A program made the position numbers and the translations under genes. This document shows positions 53,216 through 64,000 of a stretch of 64,000 nt of DNA, piece after piece. Source of the DNA: Microcystaceae cyanobacterium. GTDB lineage: Bacteria > Cyanobacteriota > Cyanobacteriia > Cyanobacteriales > Microcystaceae. The stretch lies in the NCBI GenBank assembly GCA_041746575.1, contig JBGTGT010000115.1, forward strand, positions 1-64,000. The letters are read 5' to 3'. Numbering within the stretch: the first letter of the stretch is position 1; every line of letters starts with the position of its first letter. The notes under the pieces were generated by a model. It was not told where the DNA came from and did not search any database. It saw only the letters and a program-made list of their open reading frames with translations.

Positions 53216-53242
53216 AGGGCTCTTGCACAGCCCTATTTTTTT
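53216..53242 (+). terminator. Intrinsic terminator
   Basis: AGGGCT-cttgcac-AGCCCT-a-T7. Confidence 0.6.
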
Positions 53243-53402
53243 GTTTTTTTAGTGAGTTGCTGATGATAACAAAGCGCGAGTTTAGGCTTTATGGGAAACA
53301 AAAGAGTAATTCTTAGGGAAAGCGGCATTTAACGCCACATTACTGTCAAGATATCCTCTTTTTACGATAAACTAGATTAACTCAATCGAAGATGCAAAAG
53401 AT

Positions 53403-55388
53403 ATGTTACGTAAAAGAAGAATCCAGTCATTTCTAGGCATTATTATGACAGCATTTGCCATGACGCTATTATGGGTTTATGTTTTAAATGCCCAAACCAC
53501 GCCTCAACCCGTCCATCCCCTCAATCCACTGACCGAGTCAGAAATCACCACTGCCGTTAATATTTTAAAAACTGAACAATTTTTAAGCGATACCGTTACT
53601 TTCCCCTTAATTTCTTTAAAAGAACCCGATAAAGAAACCGTTTTGACCTTTAGAGATGGGAATCCTGTTGAGAGAAACGTGTTTGCTGTGATTTTTGAAC
53701 CCGCTAAAAATCAAACCTACGAAGCAATTATCAATCTTAATCAAGAAAAAATTACGCGTTGGCAAGTGATTTCTCAAGGACAGCCCCCCTTTTTAGACGC
53801 AGAATATGAATTACTAGAAACCTTAGTTAAAGCAGATTCTCGTTGGCAAGCCGCCTTGAAAAAACGGGGCATTAGCGATGTCGAAAATACGGTGATTGAC
53901 GGGTGGGCAATGGGTTTAATGAATGAAGCCGAAAAAGCCCAAGGAAAACGCTTAATGCGGGGCATAACCTACTATAAAGACCCAAAGCGGATGAATTACT
54001 ATGGCTCACCCCTCGAAGGGTTAATGGTCACCGTTGACTTAAATACGCCAAAAGTGGTGGATGTGATTGATTATGGGGTTGTTCCTTTCGCCAAAGCAAA
54101 TTTTGATTACGATGAAGCCTCGGTTAAACCGTTACAACCTGCCCCTAAACCGATTCAGATTACCCAACCCCAAGGGGAAACCTTCCAAATACAGGGAAAT
54201 CAAATTACTTGGCAAAATTGGACATTTCGTTATCTCATGCACCCTAGAGAAGGGCTAACTTTCTATCAAATTTCTTATTTAGATCAAGGGAAAGCCCGTC
54301 CTGTTCTCTATCAAGCCGGATTATCAGAAATGGTCGTCCCTTATGGAGATCCTTCCCCGCCTTGGGTGGTAAGAAGTGCCTTTGATATCGGGGAATATCG
54401 CTTTGGTTGGTCAGCCACGACGTTGGCGAAAGGGAAAGATGTCCCCCAAAATGCAGTGTTATTAGATGTCTTATTTGCCGACGATGAGGGAAATCCAACG
54501 GTTAGTGAGGATATTATTGGAATTTATGAACAAGATGCTGGGATTCTCTGGCGGCATTACGATTCTAATACGGAAACCTACGAAGGGCGGCGGAGTCGAG
54601 AATTAGTGGTCACCAGTGTGGCGGCCATTGGTAATTATGATTATGGCATTAACTGGGTTTTTCATGAGGATGGTACATTAGAAGTACAAACAGATCTCAC
54701 GGGAATTATGTTAGTTAAAGGAACAGACGCTCAGACAGAAACCCATGATTCTTTCGGTCATCTAGTTGCCCCAAACGTTTTAGCGGTTAATCATCAACAT
54801 TTTATCAATTTTCGCCTTGATTTTGACGTAGATGGACTAAAAAACCGTATTTCTGAGATGAATGTGTCTGCTTTACCCCTCAGCGACAGCAATCCTCAAG
54901 GAAATGCCTTCAAGATGGAGAAGACGCCCTTAGTGCGAGAATCCGAAGCCGTGAGGGATCTTAACTTAGCGCAAAGCCGAACGTGGCTCATCGAAAATGA
55001 CAGCCAAAACAATGAATTGGGGGCAAAAACGGGCTATATGTTAATGCCTGGCAGCAATACGGTTTTTTATCCCTTGCCAGAGTCAAATGTTTATCAACGG
55101 GGGGAATTTGCCACCCATCATCTTTGGGTAACCCAATTTAAACCCCATGAGTATTACGCAGGGGGAGACTATCCCAATCAAGGTTTACCCCATCAAGGAT
55201 TACCTCAATGGATTGCAGATAATGAGTCGTTAGAAGGGGAAGATTTAGTTGTTTGGTACACATTAGGTGTCACTCATATTCCACGTCCTGAAGAATGGCC
55301 AATTATGACGATTCATCGAGCGAGTTTTAAACTCACCCCTAGAGGTTTTTTTGCCAAAAATCCGGTGTTAAATGTACCGAATCTTTGA
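53403..55388 (+). CDS. tynA: Exported copper/TPQ primary-amine oxidase
   Basis: HPLNPLT, EMVVPYGDP, catalytic FDIGE, TPQ motif GNYDY, Cu ligands HQH and THIPRPEEWPIM; N-terminal signal. Confidence 0.92.
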   Translation: MLRKRRIQSFLGIIMTAFAMTLLWVYVLNAQTTPQPVHPLNPLTESEITTAVNILKTEQFLSDTVTFPLISLKEPDKETVLTFRDGNPVERNVFAVIFEPAKNQTYEAIINLNQEKITRWQVISQGQPPFLDAEYELLETLVKADSRWQAALKKRGISDVENTVIDGWAMGLMNEAEKAQGKRLMRGITYYKDPKRMNYYGSPLEGLMVTVDLNTPKVVDVIDYGVVPFAKANFDYDEASVKPLQPAPKPIQITQPQGETFQIQGNQITWQNWTFRYLMHPREGLTFYQISYLDQGKARPVLYQAGLSEMVVPYGDPSPPWVVRSAFDIGEYRFGWSATTLAKGKDVPQNAVLLDVLFADDEGNPTVSEDIIGIYEQDAGILWRHYDSNTETYEGRRSRELVVTSVAAIGNYDYGINWVFHEDGTLEVQTDLTGIMLVKGTDAQTETHDSFGHLVAPNVLAVNHQHFINFRLDFDVDGLKNRISEMNVSALPLSDSNPQGNAFKMEKTPLVRESEAVRDLNLAQSRTWLIENDSQNNELGAKTGYMLMPGSNTVFYPLPESNVYQRGEFATHHLWVTQFKPHEYYAGGDYPNQGLPHQGLPQWIADNESLEGEDLVVWYTLGVTHIPRPEEWPIMTIHRASFKLTPRGFFAKNPVLNVPNL

Positions 55389-55420
55389 GGGGGGAATTTC
55401 ACTTTTTATTCTTTACCTTA

Positions 55421-56923
55421 CTAACCACCAATACCCAATTTTCCGGCTAAACTAGGACTTAAAGGAATTAGCGTTGCTAACATCAAAAAGAGTAATAATA
55501 ATCCCCAAGCGGCGCGGGCATCATCCGGCTCAGTTAATTCATTTAAACTCGGACGTTCTAATGTTCTCTGCAAGAATAGAATTAAAATAGCCCAATATAA
55601 AGGGATTGGATTCGCAGGATTGATTAAACTAACAATCCCCAAAATAATGAGGGTAATAATCGTAGTGCGTCGGGCAATTTTACGGCCATAAATCGCTTGA
55701 ACAATCCTCCCTCCATCTAATTGGCCAGCCGGTAATAAATTCAAGGCCGTAATCACTAAGCCTAACCATCCTAATACCATTAAAGGATGAACATCAACGA
55801 TCGCTTGTTGTACCGTTTCGCCTAAAATTACTCTTGCTAAACTGCCAATTAAGATAGATCCTTGAAAAAATTGACTAGGAAGTTGAAATAAACTGCCCGG
55901 TTTTGATAAAATTAAGCCTAAAATCACAAATAAAAGCGAAATTCCTCCTCCCAATGCCGGGCCAGCTAAGGAAATATCGAAAAGAATGTTACGGTTAGGA
56001 ATTAGCGACTCAAACCGAGTAATCGCCCCAAATGCCCCAATTTGCCACGCTGGTAAAAAGAAAGGTAAACTTAATCGAACTTGATGCTTTTGGGCAATCA
56101 AACGATGTCCTAGTTCGTGCGCGATTAAAATACTCCAGATTCCCAAACTCAAAGGGACAGTTTCTCCGATTCGTCCCCAATTATCGAACAAATCGAATCC
56201 CAATAAAAGTCCACTGGCTTCTAAACTGGTAAAAATTGTCGCCAATAATAAGACAAGGGCTAGGTTTTTTTGCCCCAACGTCATCGGTTGAGGATCATCA
56301 CTTTTTGGCAGAATAATAATAACGGGTTTCCCTTCACTGCCTTCCACTAAAAAAAGGCGATATTTATCGTCAAAAGCGGCGGTTAATTTCTCGGTTAATT
56401 TTTGATGTGCTTCGGCAGGATCACTGCGTAGATTGCCTTTAAAAATTGCGCCTTCCTGATAAGAAATTGTTTCGGTCGCAAAAAAAGTATCGATATTAAA
56501 AATGCTTTTGAGCTTTGTCAAATCCTCTTCTGGAATCGGCAAAAATTCAGGGACAATTGCAACCTCCGATGCCGATAAATTACCCGATTCAACCTCAGAA
56601 GTCTCATGCCCTGTCTGTTCTTCTTGAATGCGTTGGGCGGCTTTCTCTCGTAATAAAACGTCCTGTCCTTGAGATCGCAATACTTTACCTAAATAAATAT
56701 AAGCAATAACGGAAACCATTAAAAGCAATAAAACCCCAACAATATTTAAATAAATACCGAGGGCAAATAAGCCAAAAAATAATAGCCAAGGAGTCATCAA
56801 AATGACGGACTGTAACCAAGCGAGAACCCCTAGTTTACCGTAGGATTGGGCGCGTTTGTATCCCCAACCCAGAATAGCGATCGCCGTAAGAAGAATTACG
56901 ATAATTGTGATCGTTTCTGACAT
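55421..56923 (-). CDS. Site-2 (M50) membrane metalloprotease, EGY-like
   Basis: GNLR motif, HELGH, NLLPAGQLDGG. Confidence 0.92.
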   Translation of the reverse strand: MSETITIIVILLTAIAILGWGYKRAQSYGKLGVLAWLQSVILMTPWLLFFGLFALGIYLNIVGVLLLLMVSVIAYIYLGKVLRSQGQDVLLREKAAQRIQEEQTGHETSEVESGNLSASEVAIVPEFLPIPEEDLTKLKSIFNIDTFFATETISYQEGAIFKGNLRSDPAEAHQKLTEKLTAAFDDKYRLFLVEGSEGKPVIIILPKSDDPQPMTLGQKNLALVLLLATIFTSLEASGLLLGFDLFDNWGRIGETVPLSLGIWSILIAHELGHRLIAQKHQVRLSLPFFLPAWQIGAFGAITRFESLIPNRNILFDISLAGPALGGGISLLFVILGLILSKPGSLFQLPSQFFQGSILIGSLARVILGETVQQAIVDVHPLMVLGWLGLVITALNLLPAGQLDGGRIVQAIYGRKIARRTTIITLIILGIVSLINPANPIPLYWAILILFLQRTLERPSLNELTEPDDARAAWGLLLLFLMLATLIPLSPSLAGKLGIGG

Positions 56924-57004
56924 CTTAAACCTTTTTGATCTTAATTTTCATGAATAGGAATGAAGACTAATCTGAGTTTTGATCAGATCCTCATCCCTAT
57001 TGTT

Positions 57005-58072
57005 TTAGCGGAAAGGGGGGGAGTAAAGCAATCCACCCTTTGTCCAAAGGTTGTTCGGGCCGCGGTCAAGTTGGAAGGGTTTACCGATATTTCGCTCGTA
57101 CACTTCGCCATAATTGCCAATATGCTTAACAATTCTGGCCGTAAAATCGTTAGGTAAGCCCATGTCTTCCCCTAACTTCTCATCAATCCCTAGGAAGCGT
57201 CGTACATTGGGATCTTCGCTTTTTTGGTAGGTCGCTAAATTTTGGGACGTAATCCCTAATTCTTCTGCTTCAATGAGGGCATAGGTGATCCATTTAACGG
57301 CATCTGACCAGACAGCATCCCCATTCGCCACCACTGGGCCGAGGGGTTCTTTGGATAAAACATCTGGTAAAACCACATGATCCGCCGGTTTGGGCAAAAT
57401 TGACCGTCTGGCGACTAATTGCGAGCGGTCAGAGGTTACCCCTTCACAACGGCCTTCTTGATAAGCAACGTAGAGGGCATCCACATCATCCGATACAACA
57501 GGATTATAGTTCTTAATGCCTCTTTTGCGCATTTGATCCGCCAAATTCTGCTCGGTGGTCGTTCCGGATAACACACAAATAGATTTACCTCCCAATTCTT
57601 CTATGCTTTTGATGCCACTGGCTTTACTAACCATTACCCCTTGTCCATCATAAAAAAGGGTGGGGGCGAATTCCATACCGACCTTCGTATCGCGACTAAT
57701 CGTCCAAGTGGTATTACGATTGAGAACATCCACTTCGCCCGTCTGCACCGCCGTAAAGCGTTCCTGTGCGCTGAGTTTGCGGAATTCGACTTTAGTAGGA
57801 TCGTCAAAGAGAGCCGCCGCGATCGCCCGACAAATATCTACATCTAAACCAGAATATTCCCCTTTTTCATTGACGAAACTAAACCCAGGAACTTCGCCAT
57901 TGATACCACAAATGACACTTCCCCGTTGTTTCACCGTATTTAAGCGGCTATTAGCGGTGTTTGCGGTTCCCTCCGTTGAAGATGGGACAGAATTGCTACT
58001 GGGTGGGGTGTTACAGGCCGTTAGAGCGGCAGTCAGTAGAAAAGATATTAAAAAAGATGTTGTCTTTTTCAC
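57005..58072 (-). CDS. natF: Amino-acid ABC transporter substrate-binding lipoprotein (NatF/AapJ type)
   Basis: Lipobox LTAC, RNTTWTISRD, SKEPLGP, GNYGEVYERN, GGLLYSPPFR. Confidence 0.85.
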   Translation of the reverse strand: MKKTTSFLISFLLTAALTACNTPPSSNSVPSSTEGTANTANSRLNTVKQRGSVICGINGEVPGFSFVNEKGEYSGLDVDICRAIAAALFDDPTKVEFRKLSAQERFTAVQTGEVDVLNRNTTWTISRDTKVGMEFAPTLFYDGQGVMVSKASGIKSIEELGGKSICVLSGTTTEQNLADQMRKRGIKNYNPVVSDDVDALYVAYQEGRCEGVTSDRSQLVARRSILPKPADHVVLPDVLSKEPLGPVVANGDAVWSDAVKWITYALIEAEELGITSQNLATYQKSEDPNVRRFLGIDEKLGEDMGLPNDFTARIVKHIGNYGEVYERNIGKPFQLDRGPNNLWTKGGLLYSPPFR

Positions 58073-58241
58073 GGATGTTTAAAGGATTAAAGGATAAATT
58101 TAATGATACTTCGTCATCTTCGGTAAGTCTATCACGACAGACAAACTCAAAACCCGCAAAATGACGATTAACCCTGCTTTACTTCGATTTTTTGAGGAAT
58201 ACCCTTTCTGGCAAGAAACAGTTATCCACAATGGCGACTGC

Positions 58242-59147
58242 TCAGAACTGAATATGATCTTTCGTTTTACCCGGTATCGCACTCTTTTCTAGATAATCAA
58301 TAATCTTGCCCGCCACATCAATCCCTGTCGCCGTTTCAATCCCTTCCAAGCCGGGGGAAGAATTCACCTCCATTACTACCGGCCCATGATTGGAGCGTAA
58401 TAAATCCACCCCTGCAATCCTTAACCCCATTGCCTTAGCCGAACGAACGGCGGTACTTCTCTCTTCGGGTGTCAGCCTAATTTTCTCGGCCTTACCTCCT
58501 CGATGTAAATTTGAGCGAAATTCTCCGTCAGCCCCCTGTCGCTTCATGGCGGCAATTACCTTATCTCCAATGACAAAACAACGAATATCCGCTCCTTTTG
58601 CCTCCTTAATATATTCTTGTACTAAAATGTTGGCTTCTAAGCCCCGAAACGCTTCAATCACCGATTTAGCCGCCTGATGGGTTTCTGCTAACACCACCCC
58701 GATGCCCTGCGTTCCTTCTAGAAGTTTAATGACCAAGGGCGCACCCCCAACGGTTTCAATCAGCCCGTCAATATCCTGTGTGGCATGGGCAAATCCTGTG
58801 ACGGGTAACCCAATGCCTCGGCGGGCTAAAATTTGCAGACAGCGCAATTTATCACGAGAGCGGGAAATCGCTTGAGATTCGTTGGCACTGAAGACGCCCA
58901 TCACTTCAAATTGACGGACGACCGCCGTTCCGTAAAAGGTACGAGATGCTCCAATGCGAGGAATAATCGCATCGAAATTTTCTAAAGGGATACCATTGTA
59001 GATGACTTGAGGATTGTGGGAAGTAATATTCATGTAACAACGCAAATAGTTAATAATGCGCATTTCATGTCCTCGGTTTTCTCCGGATTCTTTGAGGCGT
59101 TTTGTAGAGTAAAGCGAGGGATCTTGAGATAAAATAGCAATTTTCAT
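58242..59147 (-). CDS. rimK: RimK-family ATP-grasp glutamate ligase
   Basis: [53 protein letters not shown]. Confidence 0.95.
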   Translation of the reverse strand: MKIAILSQDPSLYSTKRLKESGENRGHEMRIINYLRCYMNITSHNPQVIYNGIPLENFDAIIPRIGASRTFYGTAVVRQFEVMGVFSANESQAISRSRDKLRCLQILARRGIGLPVTGFAHATQDIDGLIETVGGAPLVIKLLEGTQGIGVVLAETHQAAKSVIEAFRGLEANILVQEYIKEAKGADIRCFVIGDKVIAAMKRQGADGEFRSNLHRGGKAEKIRLTPEERSTAVRSAKAMGLRIAGVDLLRSNHGPVVMEVNSSPGLEGIETATGIDVAGKIIDYLEKSAIPGKTKDHIQF

Positions 59148-59176
59148 TATTTTTCCCTAGACGACGACAGACAATG

Positions 59177-59626
59177 CTATATGGCGTGACTTTGTACATA
59201 AGAATGGGCAGGGTCGACCCAAAAACGATGACGAATAGCCTGACGACCCAATAACATCCGAAATCCCATTACATCTCGATTCGTTAGGGTTAATTCAATC
59301 GGCCAATGCTCCTGACCTAAGTTTATCATCGTTTGGATCACGGGGCGAAGTTGAGCGTGTCCCCCTGAATTGCGAACATGGCGATGTTCAATCAATTTTG
59401 CTTGGGCAATAACCGTTGAGTGGCTGTCTCGTTGATAGGGATGCACTTTAAATCTCACCCATTCTTCTCCTTGTTGTTGAAAAGGATGAACCTCAAAGGC
59501 GTGTAAGGCAGATGAGCGCGCCCCTGTGTCAATTTTTGCTTTAATTTGTTTAATACCCAATTCGGGCAAGTCTAACCACTCGCGCCAGCCAATAATGGGG
59601 AGTTGCTGGTGCTGTTCTTGGCTCAT
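59177..59626 (-). CDS. RimK-associated retropepsin-like protease (RimB-like)
   Basis: IGWREW, AKIDTGARSSALH, MLLGR; directly upstream of rimK. Confidence 0.9.
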   Translation of the reverse strand: MSQEQHQQLPIIGWREWLDLPELGIKQIKAKIDTGARSSALHAFEVHPFQQQGEEWVRFKVHPYQRDSHSTVIAQAKLIEHRHVRNSGGHAQLRPVIQTMINLGQEHWPIELTLTNRDVMGFRMLLGRQAIRHRFWVDPAHSYVQSHAI

Positions 59627-59681
59627 TCTGTGTTCCTTTCCGAAAAATACGTCAAAATGAAAATAATCATTTGATAATTGT

Positions 59682-60134
59682 TTATTTTTTGGGACTGAGG
59701 CGAGTTACTTTTAAGGTAAATTTGCCGCTCCCCGTCTCGCCAAAAGAACGAACGCGAATAATATACTTTCCAGTTTCGGTAATACGAGAAAATAGCAGAG
59801 AATTTGTTGTTCCATCAGGCCCATCGTCATTTTCAGCGACCGCCGTACCATCTGCCCCTAAAAGAATCACAATCGCATCAAAATTATCAGAAATGACATC
59901 AATGGCTACCTGTTCCCCTTCTTTCAAATCAATCCAATAATCCCGTGCAAATCCGCCTTCTCCTGTGGGAATATCTTGATCAGAGAGACGATCAGAGACT
60001 TCTTGTTGAGGCGTAATCGGGATAGGATTGTAGAGGATTTGAGCTTGAATCGGTAAGCTTCTGTACAAGGAATAGAGGAGCGTCAGTGATAGTATTCCAT
60101 AGCGAAACAGACGATGGGCAAATGAAGTGATCAT
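59682..60134 (-). CDS. Exported PPC (pre-peptidase C-terminal) domain protein
   Basis: Signal peptide; S..FDA...L....G..VAENDD, G.Y.IRV, G.FTL. Confidence 0.85.
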   Translation of the reverse strand: MITSFAHRLFRYGILSLTLLYSLYRSLPIQAQILYNPIPITPQQEVSDRLSDQDIPTGEGGFARDYWIDLKEGEQVAIDVISDNFDAIVILLGADGTAVAENDDGPDGTTNSLLFSRITETGKYIIRVRSFGETGSGKFTLKVTRLSPKK

Positions 60135-60234
60135 CTCGGCATTATTCCTTCAAGGGCGATCCATTAAGGGCGACTTTCTTATATTATTGACTTTTTGTTG
60201 AAGGAGGTCAATTGAATTTTGGATCTCAGACCCA

Positions 60235-61161
60235 TTACGTTCGAGTGACAATCTCTTCGAGAGCCGGTTTGAGACTGGGATATTGATATTGAAAACCCAA
60301 GGATTGAGTGGCTTTAGGACGTACTTCTTGACCTTCAAGAACCACTTTTGCGCCTTCCCCTAGCAATAATTCTAAAGCGACACCGGGGACAGGTAACCAA
60401 GAGGGTCTCTGCAAAACATTGCCCAAAATCTCACAAAATTGACTCATTCGCACAGGATTTGGCGAAGTTGCATTGTAAATCCCTCGCATATCGGGACGTT
60501 TTAACCCTTCCATGATTAAGTTCACTAAGTCTTCCCGATGAATCCAAGAAAACCACTGTCGACCGTTGCCAATCGGCCCCCCAGCGAAGAGTTTAAAAGG
60601 AGGAATCATCTTGGCTAAAGCCCCCCCATCACCTAAGACAATGCCTAAACGAAAAATAACCAAACGAACCCCTAAATCTGTCACTTTTTGAGCTTCTGCT
60701 TCCCATTTTTGGCAAACTTGTGCCAGAAAATCTGAACCATTGGGACTGGTTTCATCAAAGGTTGCCGTTTCGCTTGTTCCATAATAGCCAACCGCAGAAG
60801 CATTGATGAGAACGGAAGGTCTAGGATTCGCTTTAGCGATCGCTTCAACGATTTTCTTTGTTCCTTGCTGACGACTGTCGAGAATCGCCTTTTTGGATTC
60901 AGGTGTCCAGCGTTCGGCGATGGGTTCACCCGCTAAATTAACCACCCCATCACAACCGGATAGCGAAGCTTCCCAGTCTAAGTTATCAGCCATTACGTCG
61001 TATTTGACTACTTGTAAATGGGGATAGCGGGAAGCAGGAAAGCGTTTTTGGGCTTTAGCAGGATTACGAGTCAGAATAACGATTGATTCCCCTGCTTGAT
61101 GCAATTTTTCTACTAAGCGACTGCCTACAAATCCGGTTGCACCCGTAATCGCAATTTTCAT
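60235..61161 (-). CDS. TIGR01777-family NAD-dependent epimerase (ThyD/SulA-like)
   Basis: [42 protein letters not shown]. Confidence 0.92.
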   Translation of the reverse strand: MKIAITGATGFVGSRLVEKLHQAGESIVILTRNPAKAQKRFPASRYPHLQVVKYDVMADNLDWEASLSGCDGVVNLAGEPIAERWTPESKKAILDSRQQGTKKIVEAIAKANPRPSVLINASAVGYYGTSETATFDETSPNGSDFLAQVCQKWEAEAQKVTDLGVRLVIFRLGIVLGDGGALAKMIPPFKLFAGGPIGNGRQWFSWIHREDLVNLIMEGLKRPDMRGIYNATSPNPVRMSQFCEILGNVLQRPSWLPVPGVALELLLGEGAKVVLEGQEVRPKATQSLGFQYQYPSLKPALEEIVTRT

Positions 61162-61214
61162 TTTTATTAATCACCCAGAAATGAGAACGGTTGATGACTT
61201 TTTCAGTGTACCGT

Positions 61215-61580
61215 TTATGATGAGGCTTGATAACCCATTCCGTTAGACTCGGCGTAACGATTCATAAAACGTATAAAACGTTCCCAGTGGTCATCTGGTT
61301 CAATTTCAAAGCCACATTCGACTCTCAGGAGATCATCTCCTTCATCGCCCCCAAAAATAAACTTGGTCGAGGAAGGTTGAATACTGATAATACCTTCTTC
61401 ATCGGTTAAGCGTAAATCCCCGTAGGTTTGTTGGGTAAAACTCTTAAATCTTTCTAAGGAATTGAGTCGCTTAAAAATGAAGAGAACATTACGTGTTCCG
61501 CTAGTTTTACTTCGCCTTAATTTAACATTATCCAATTCTTCGGGAACATCTACAAAAAATTCGATAGTGGGTACAGTCAT
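61215..61580 (-). CDS. psb28-2: Photosystem II assembly factor Psb28, type 2
   Basis: IEFF..VPEEL.NV.LRR, L.DEEG.I, FIFGGDEGD, WERFIRFMNRYAESNG. Confidence 0.88.
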   Translation of the reverse strand: MTVPTIEFFVDVPEELDNVKLRRSKTSGTRNVLFIFKRLNSLERFKSFTQQTYGDLRLTDEEGIISIQPSSTKFIFGGDEGDDLLRVECGFEIEPDDHWERFIRFMNRYAESNGMGYQASS

Positions 61581-61721
61581 GACGTTTTATCTACCAATTT
61601 CGCTTGGTTAAAGGGTAATTTTTAAAGTGAAAGTGAAATACGTTTTTTTGAGAAATATAAATTAGGTAGGCAAAACGCCCACCTTTTAAAAGATTTAAAA
61701 AAAGAAATTTAGGCTGAATTC

Positions 61722-61832
61722 CTATTCCTCTCCTCCTTGTAATTTGATGAGCAGAAATCCCCAAGCCACGCCTACTAATGTCAGAACAATCATAATAATT
61801 GTGCCATTAAATAACATACTTTCTGCACTCAT
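61722..61832 (-). CDS. petM: Cytochrome b6f subunit PetM (not in the ORF track)
   Basis: [36 protein letters not shown], 36 aa, GGAG ribosome-binding site upstream. Confidence 0.93.
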   Translation of the reverse strand: MSAESMLFNGTIIMIVLTLVGVAWGFLLIKLQGGEE

Positions 61833-61929
61833 TTGAAGAATCTCCCCTTTGATAAAATAGCAATTGCCTTAAGATTCAGGCATGATAGTTATTGTAAACC
61901 AAAGACGACCCTTCCTTGTCCCATTTTCT

Positions 61930-62979
61930 ATGGTCTTAAACGATTTATCCTTATTCCGTCCTCGTTTAGCGTTAACTTTAGGTGATCCAGCAGGAATTGG
62001 CGCGGAAATCAGCTTAAAAGCCCTTTCCGACCCTGAAATCCGGCAAAAATACGATATTACTATTATCGGCGATCGCTCCCACCTCCACAAAACCTACCAC
62101 CAGATTCCATCCGATAAAGGAGATTTAATTAATCCTGACACGATTTCTCTGCTAGATTTGGAGCTAAATACAGATATTACTCTCGGAAAAGGAGATGCAC
62201 TTAGTGGTGAGGCGGCCTTTCTTGCCCTAGATACGGCGATCACTCAAACACTTCAGGGAAACTTTGATGCGATTGTGACTGCTCCGATTGCGAAATTCGC
62301 TTGGCAGGCGGCAGGTTATCATTACGCCGGACAGACAGAGATGTTAGCCGAACGGTCGAAAGTCAGTCGGTATGGTATGTTATTTGTGGGGCAATCGCCG
62401 TTTACGGGCTGGACGTTACGCACCCTTTTGGCGACAACCCATATTCCTTTATCTCAAATTTCGACGCAATTAACTCCGTCTTTAATGTCATTAAAATTGG
62501 AATTATTAATTGAGTGTTTGCAACAGGATTTCGGCATTGATCAGCCTCATATTACGATAGCAGGATTAAACCCCCATAGCGGTGAAAAAGGACAGTTAGG
62601 GACAGAAGAAAGTGACTGGTTAAATGATTGGTTAATAGAACAAAAACAGCAATTTCCGGCTGTAAAATTGAGCGGCTTAATTCCGCCTGATACAATGTGG
62701 ATAAATCCGGGAAAGGCGTGGTTTTTTGAGCAGAAAAATATCAATGTTGCCGATGCTTATTTAGCATTATATCATGATCAAGGATTGATTCCCGTTAAAT
62801 TAATGGCCTTTGACCAAGCAATTAACACCACCATTGGCTTGCCGTTTATTCGCACGTCTCCTGATCATGGCACGGCTTTTGATATTGCTGGGCAAGGAAC
62901 TGCACGGTGTGATAGCTTAAAATCGGCTATTCATCTGGCCGCAGAATTAGCAACCCAAAGAATCAATCGCTTAAAATGA
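61930..62979 (+). CDS. pdxA: 4-hydroxythreonine-4-phosphate dehydrogenase
   Basis: [47 protein letters not shown]. Confidence 0.96.
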   Translation: MVLNDLSLFRPRLALTLGDPAGIGAEISLKALSDPEIRQKYDITIIGDRSHLHKTYHQIPSDKGDLINPDTISLLDLELNTDITLGKGDALSGEAAFLALDTAITQTLQGNFDAIVTAPIAKFAWQAAGYHYAGQTEMLAERSKVSRYGMLFVGQSPFTGWTLRTLLATTHIPLSQISTQLTPSLMSLKLELLIECLQQDFGIDQPHITIAGLNPHSGEKGQLGTEESDWLNDWLIEQKQQFPAVKLSGLIPPDTMWINPGKAWFFEQKNINVADAYLALYHDQGLIPVKLMAFDQAINTTIGLPFIRTSPDHGTAFDIAGQGTARCDSLKSAIHLAAELATQRINRLK

Positions 62980-62990
62980 ATCCAAATAGT

Positions 62991-63404
62991 TTAAAGATAT
63001 TCAATCGCAATCAGTCGCGCGGCTTCATAATCTTCCCAAGTATAAGAAACCACCAGAATTCCAATGAGATGAGGTGCGCCATAAAATCCTAATTCTCCCC
63101 CCTGTTGAAAATATTGTTGCCCTGCTTGTAAATCCATTTCATTGGCATAACAAAGGGCAATTTGTTTCCATGCCGTTCCTAAATTTCCGATTTCGTTACG
63201 GTGATAGTAAGTTTGATTAGAATTAGCCGTATCACAGATCACTTGATTGACAGATTGTATCTGAGTCACAGCTTGGGCGATAGTCGAGTTACTCTCCATC
63301 GCATCTTTTAAGGAATGATCGGCTTGGGCAGGTTTTATACCCATTAAAAAAGCGATGATCAGTCCAGTACTAAAGTAAAATAATCGATTAATTTGTTTTA
63401 TCAT
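62991..63404 (-). CDS. Hypothetical exported protein
   Basis: 137-aa ORF with a signal peptide ending PAQA; no recognised domain. Confidence 0.7.
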   Translation of the reverse strand: MIKQINRLFYFSTGLIIAFLMGIKPAQADHSLKDAMESNSTIAQAVTQIQSVNQVICDTANSNQTYYHRNEIGNLGTAWKQIALCYANEMDLQAGQQYFQQGGELGFYGAPHLIGILVVSYTWEDYEAARLIAIEYL

Positions 63405-63569
63405 GGCTAAAATTTAATAATAGCGAAGGAAATAGATAAACTGTCATGATGTGTCGAATGGATAATTAATAAAAGGCAGGAGAAAATCTAAAATCGGTCG
63501 CTTGATTGTATGATTGTACGACAGCTTAAGGATTCTACAGCAAATTGCGAGTTAATATCATACACCTTT

Positions 63570-63591
63570 GGGCGCAAACCTTGCCCTTCTA
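63570..63591 (-). repeat. REP-like element copy
   Basis: Reverse complement tagaagggcaaggtttgcgccc resembles the copy at 29334-29355. Confidence 0.5.
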
Positions 63592-63660
63592 GTAATTTTT
63601 TTTTTCTTCTCTGGCTTTAATGAGATATCTCCGAACTTTTTGCATCAGTCCATTGCCCAA

Positions 63661-64000
63661 TTAAATCACAACTTTAGGAATTAATAAAATTTGATTATTT
63701 TTGTCAATAATCTGTCCTATTCCCAAGAAGTCGGATTGATATAATACTTTAACGGTAAAAGGTAACGTTTTATTTGAGATATCATACTCAAGTAACTCCA
63801 AGGGAATTTGTTGACCATTTGCCCAACGTTTGCCTGTATTTTTGCCAACGGTGATCGTTTCTATTTGGGCTAAAATTATCTCTGGAGGGAGAAAGATAAA
63901 GGTCTGATTTCGTATTTGTTCTTCAATATCAACTAAGCTTAAACTATTACTTAAATTCATTCCTCCGCTTTCTGTCCGTTCTAAAAAAGCCAAGGTTCCC
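63661..64000 (-). CDS. truB: tRNA pseudouridine(55) synthase, C-terminal part (truncated by the window edge)
   Basis: GTLAFLERTESGG...SL.L, W.NGQ.I, FLGIG...PKVV, typical of the cyanobacterial TruB C-terminus. Confidence 0.8.
   Translation of the reverse strand, partial: GTLAFLERTESGGMNLSNSLSLVDIEEQIRNQTFIFLPPEIILAQIETITVGKNTGKRWANGQQIPLELLEYDISNKTLPFTVKVLYQSDFLGIGQIIDKNNQILLIPKVVI

Overview
Chromosomal window from a low-GC cyanobacterium, probably a unicellular Chroococcales-type beta-cyanobacterium (inference from frequent HIP1 GCGATCGC octamers plus ccmO, petM, psb28-2, flv1 and ccsA). Most of it is dispersed housekeeping and transport genes: urtDE, gmd, txlA, fmt, hemF, ho2, tilS, argJ, ureE, rplY, purA, nagB, an RND pump, radC, pheT, rimK, pdxA and truB. 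Best candidate for an undescribed system: an intact cpeBA-like phycobiliprotein beta/alpha pair (5351-4308) in which every canonical bilin-attachment cysteine is gone. It has its own terminator and lies downstream of an NblB-like HEAT-repeat gene with a perfect RpaB (HLR1) site. Next to it is a chromosomal CyRepA1-type primase/helicase replication gene preceded by a pair of NrdR-like boxes. Also found: an isolated dndD-dndE pair, a 162-bp MITE with terminal inverted repeats and a 6-bp target duplication, a 45-bp hairpin element inserted in an IS701 transposase, a REP-anchored 40-bp tandem repeat, an unannotated 37-aa membrane peptide gene and a candidate ~60-nt sRNA. No rRNA, tRNA or CRISPR array was seen. 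All family assignments come from motif recognition by eye; no database search was run.
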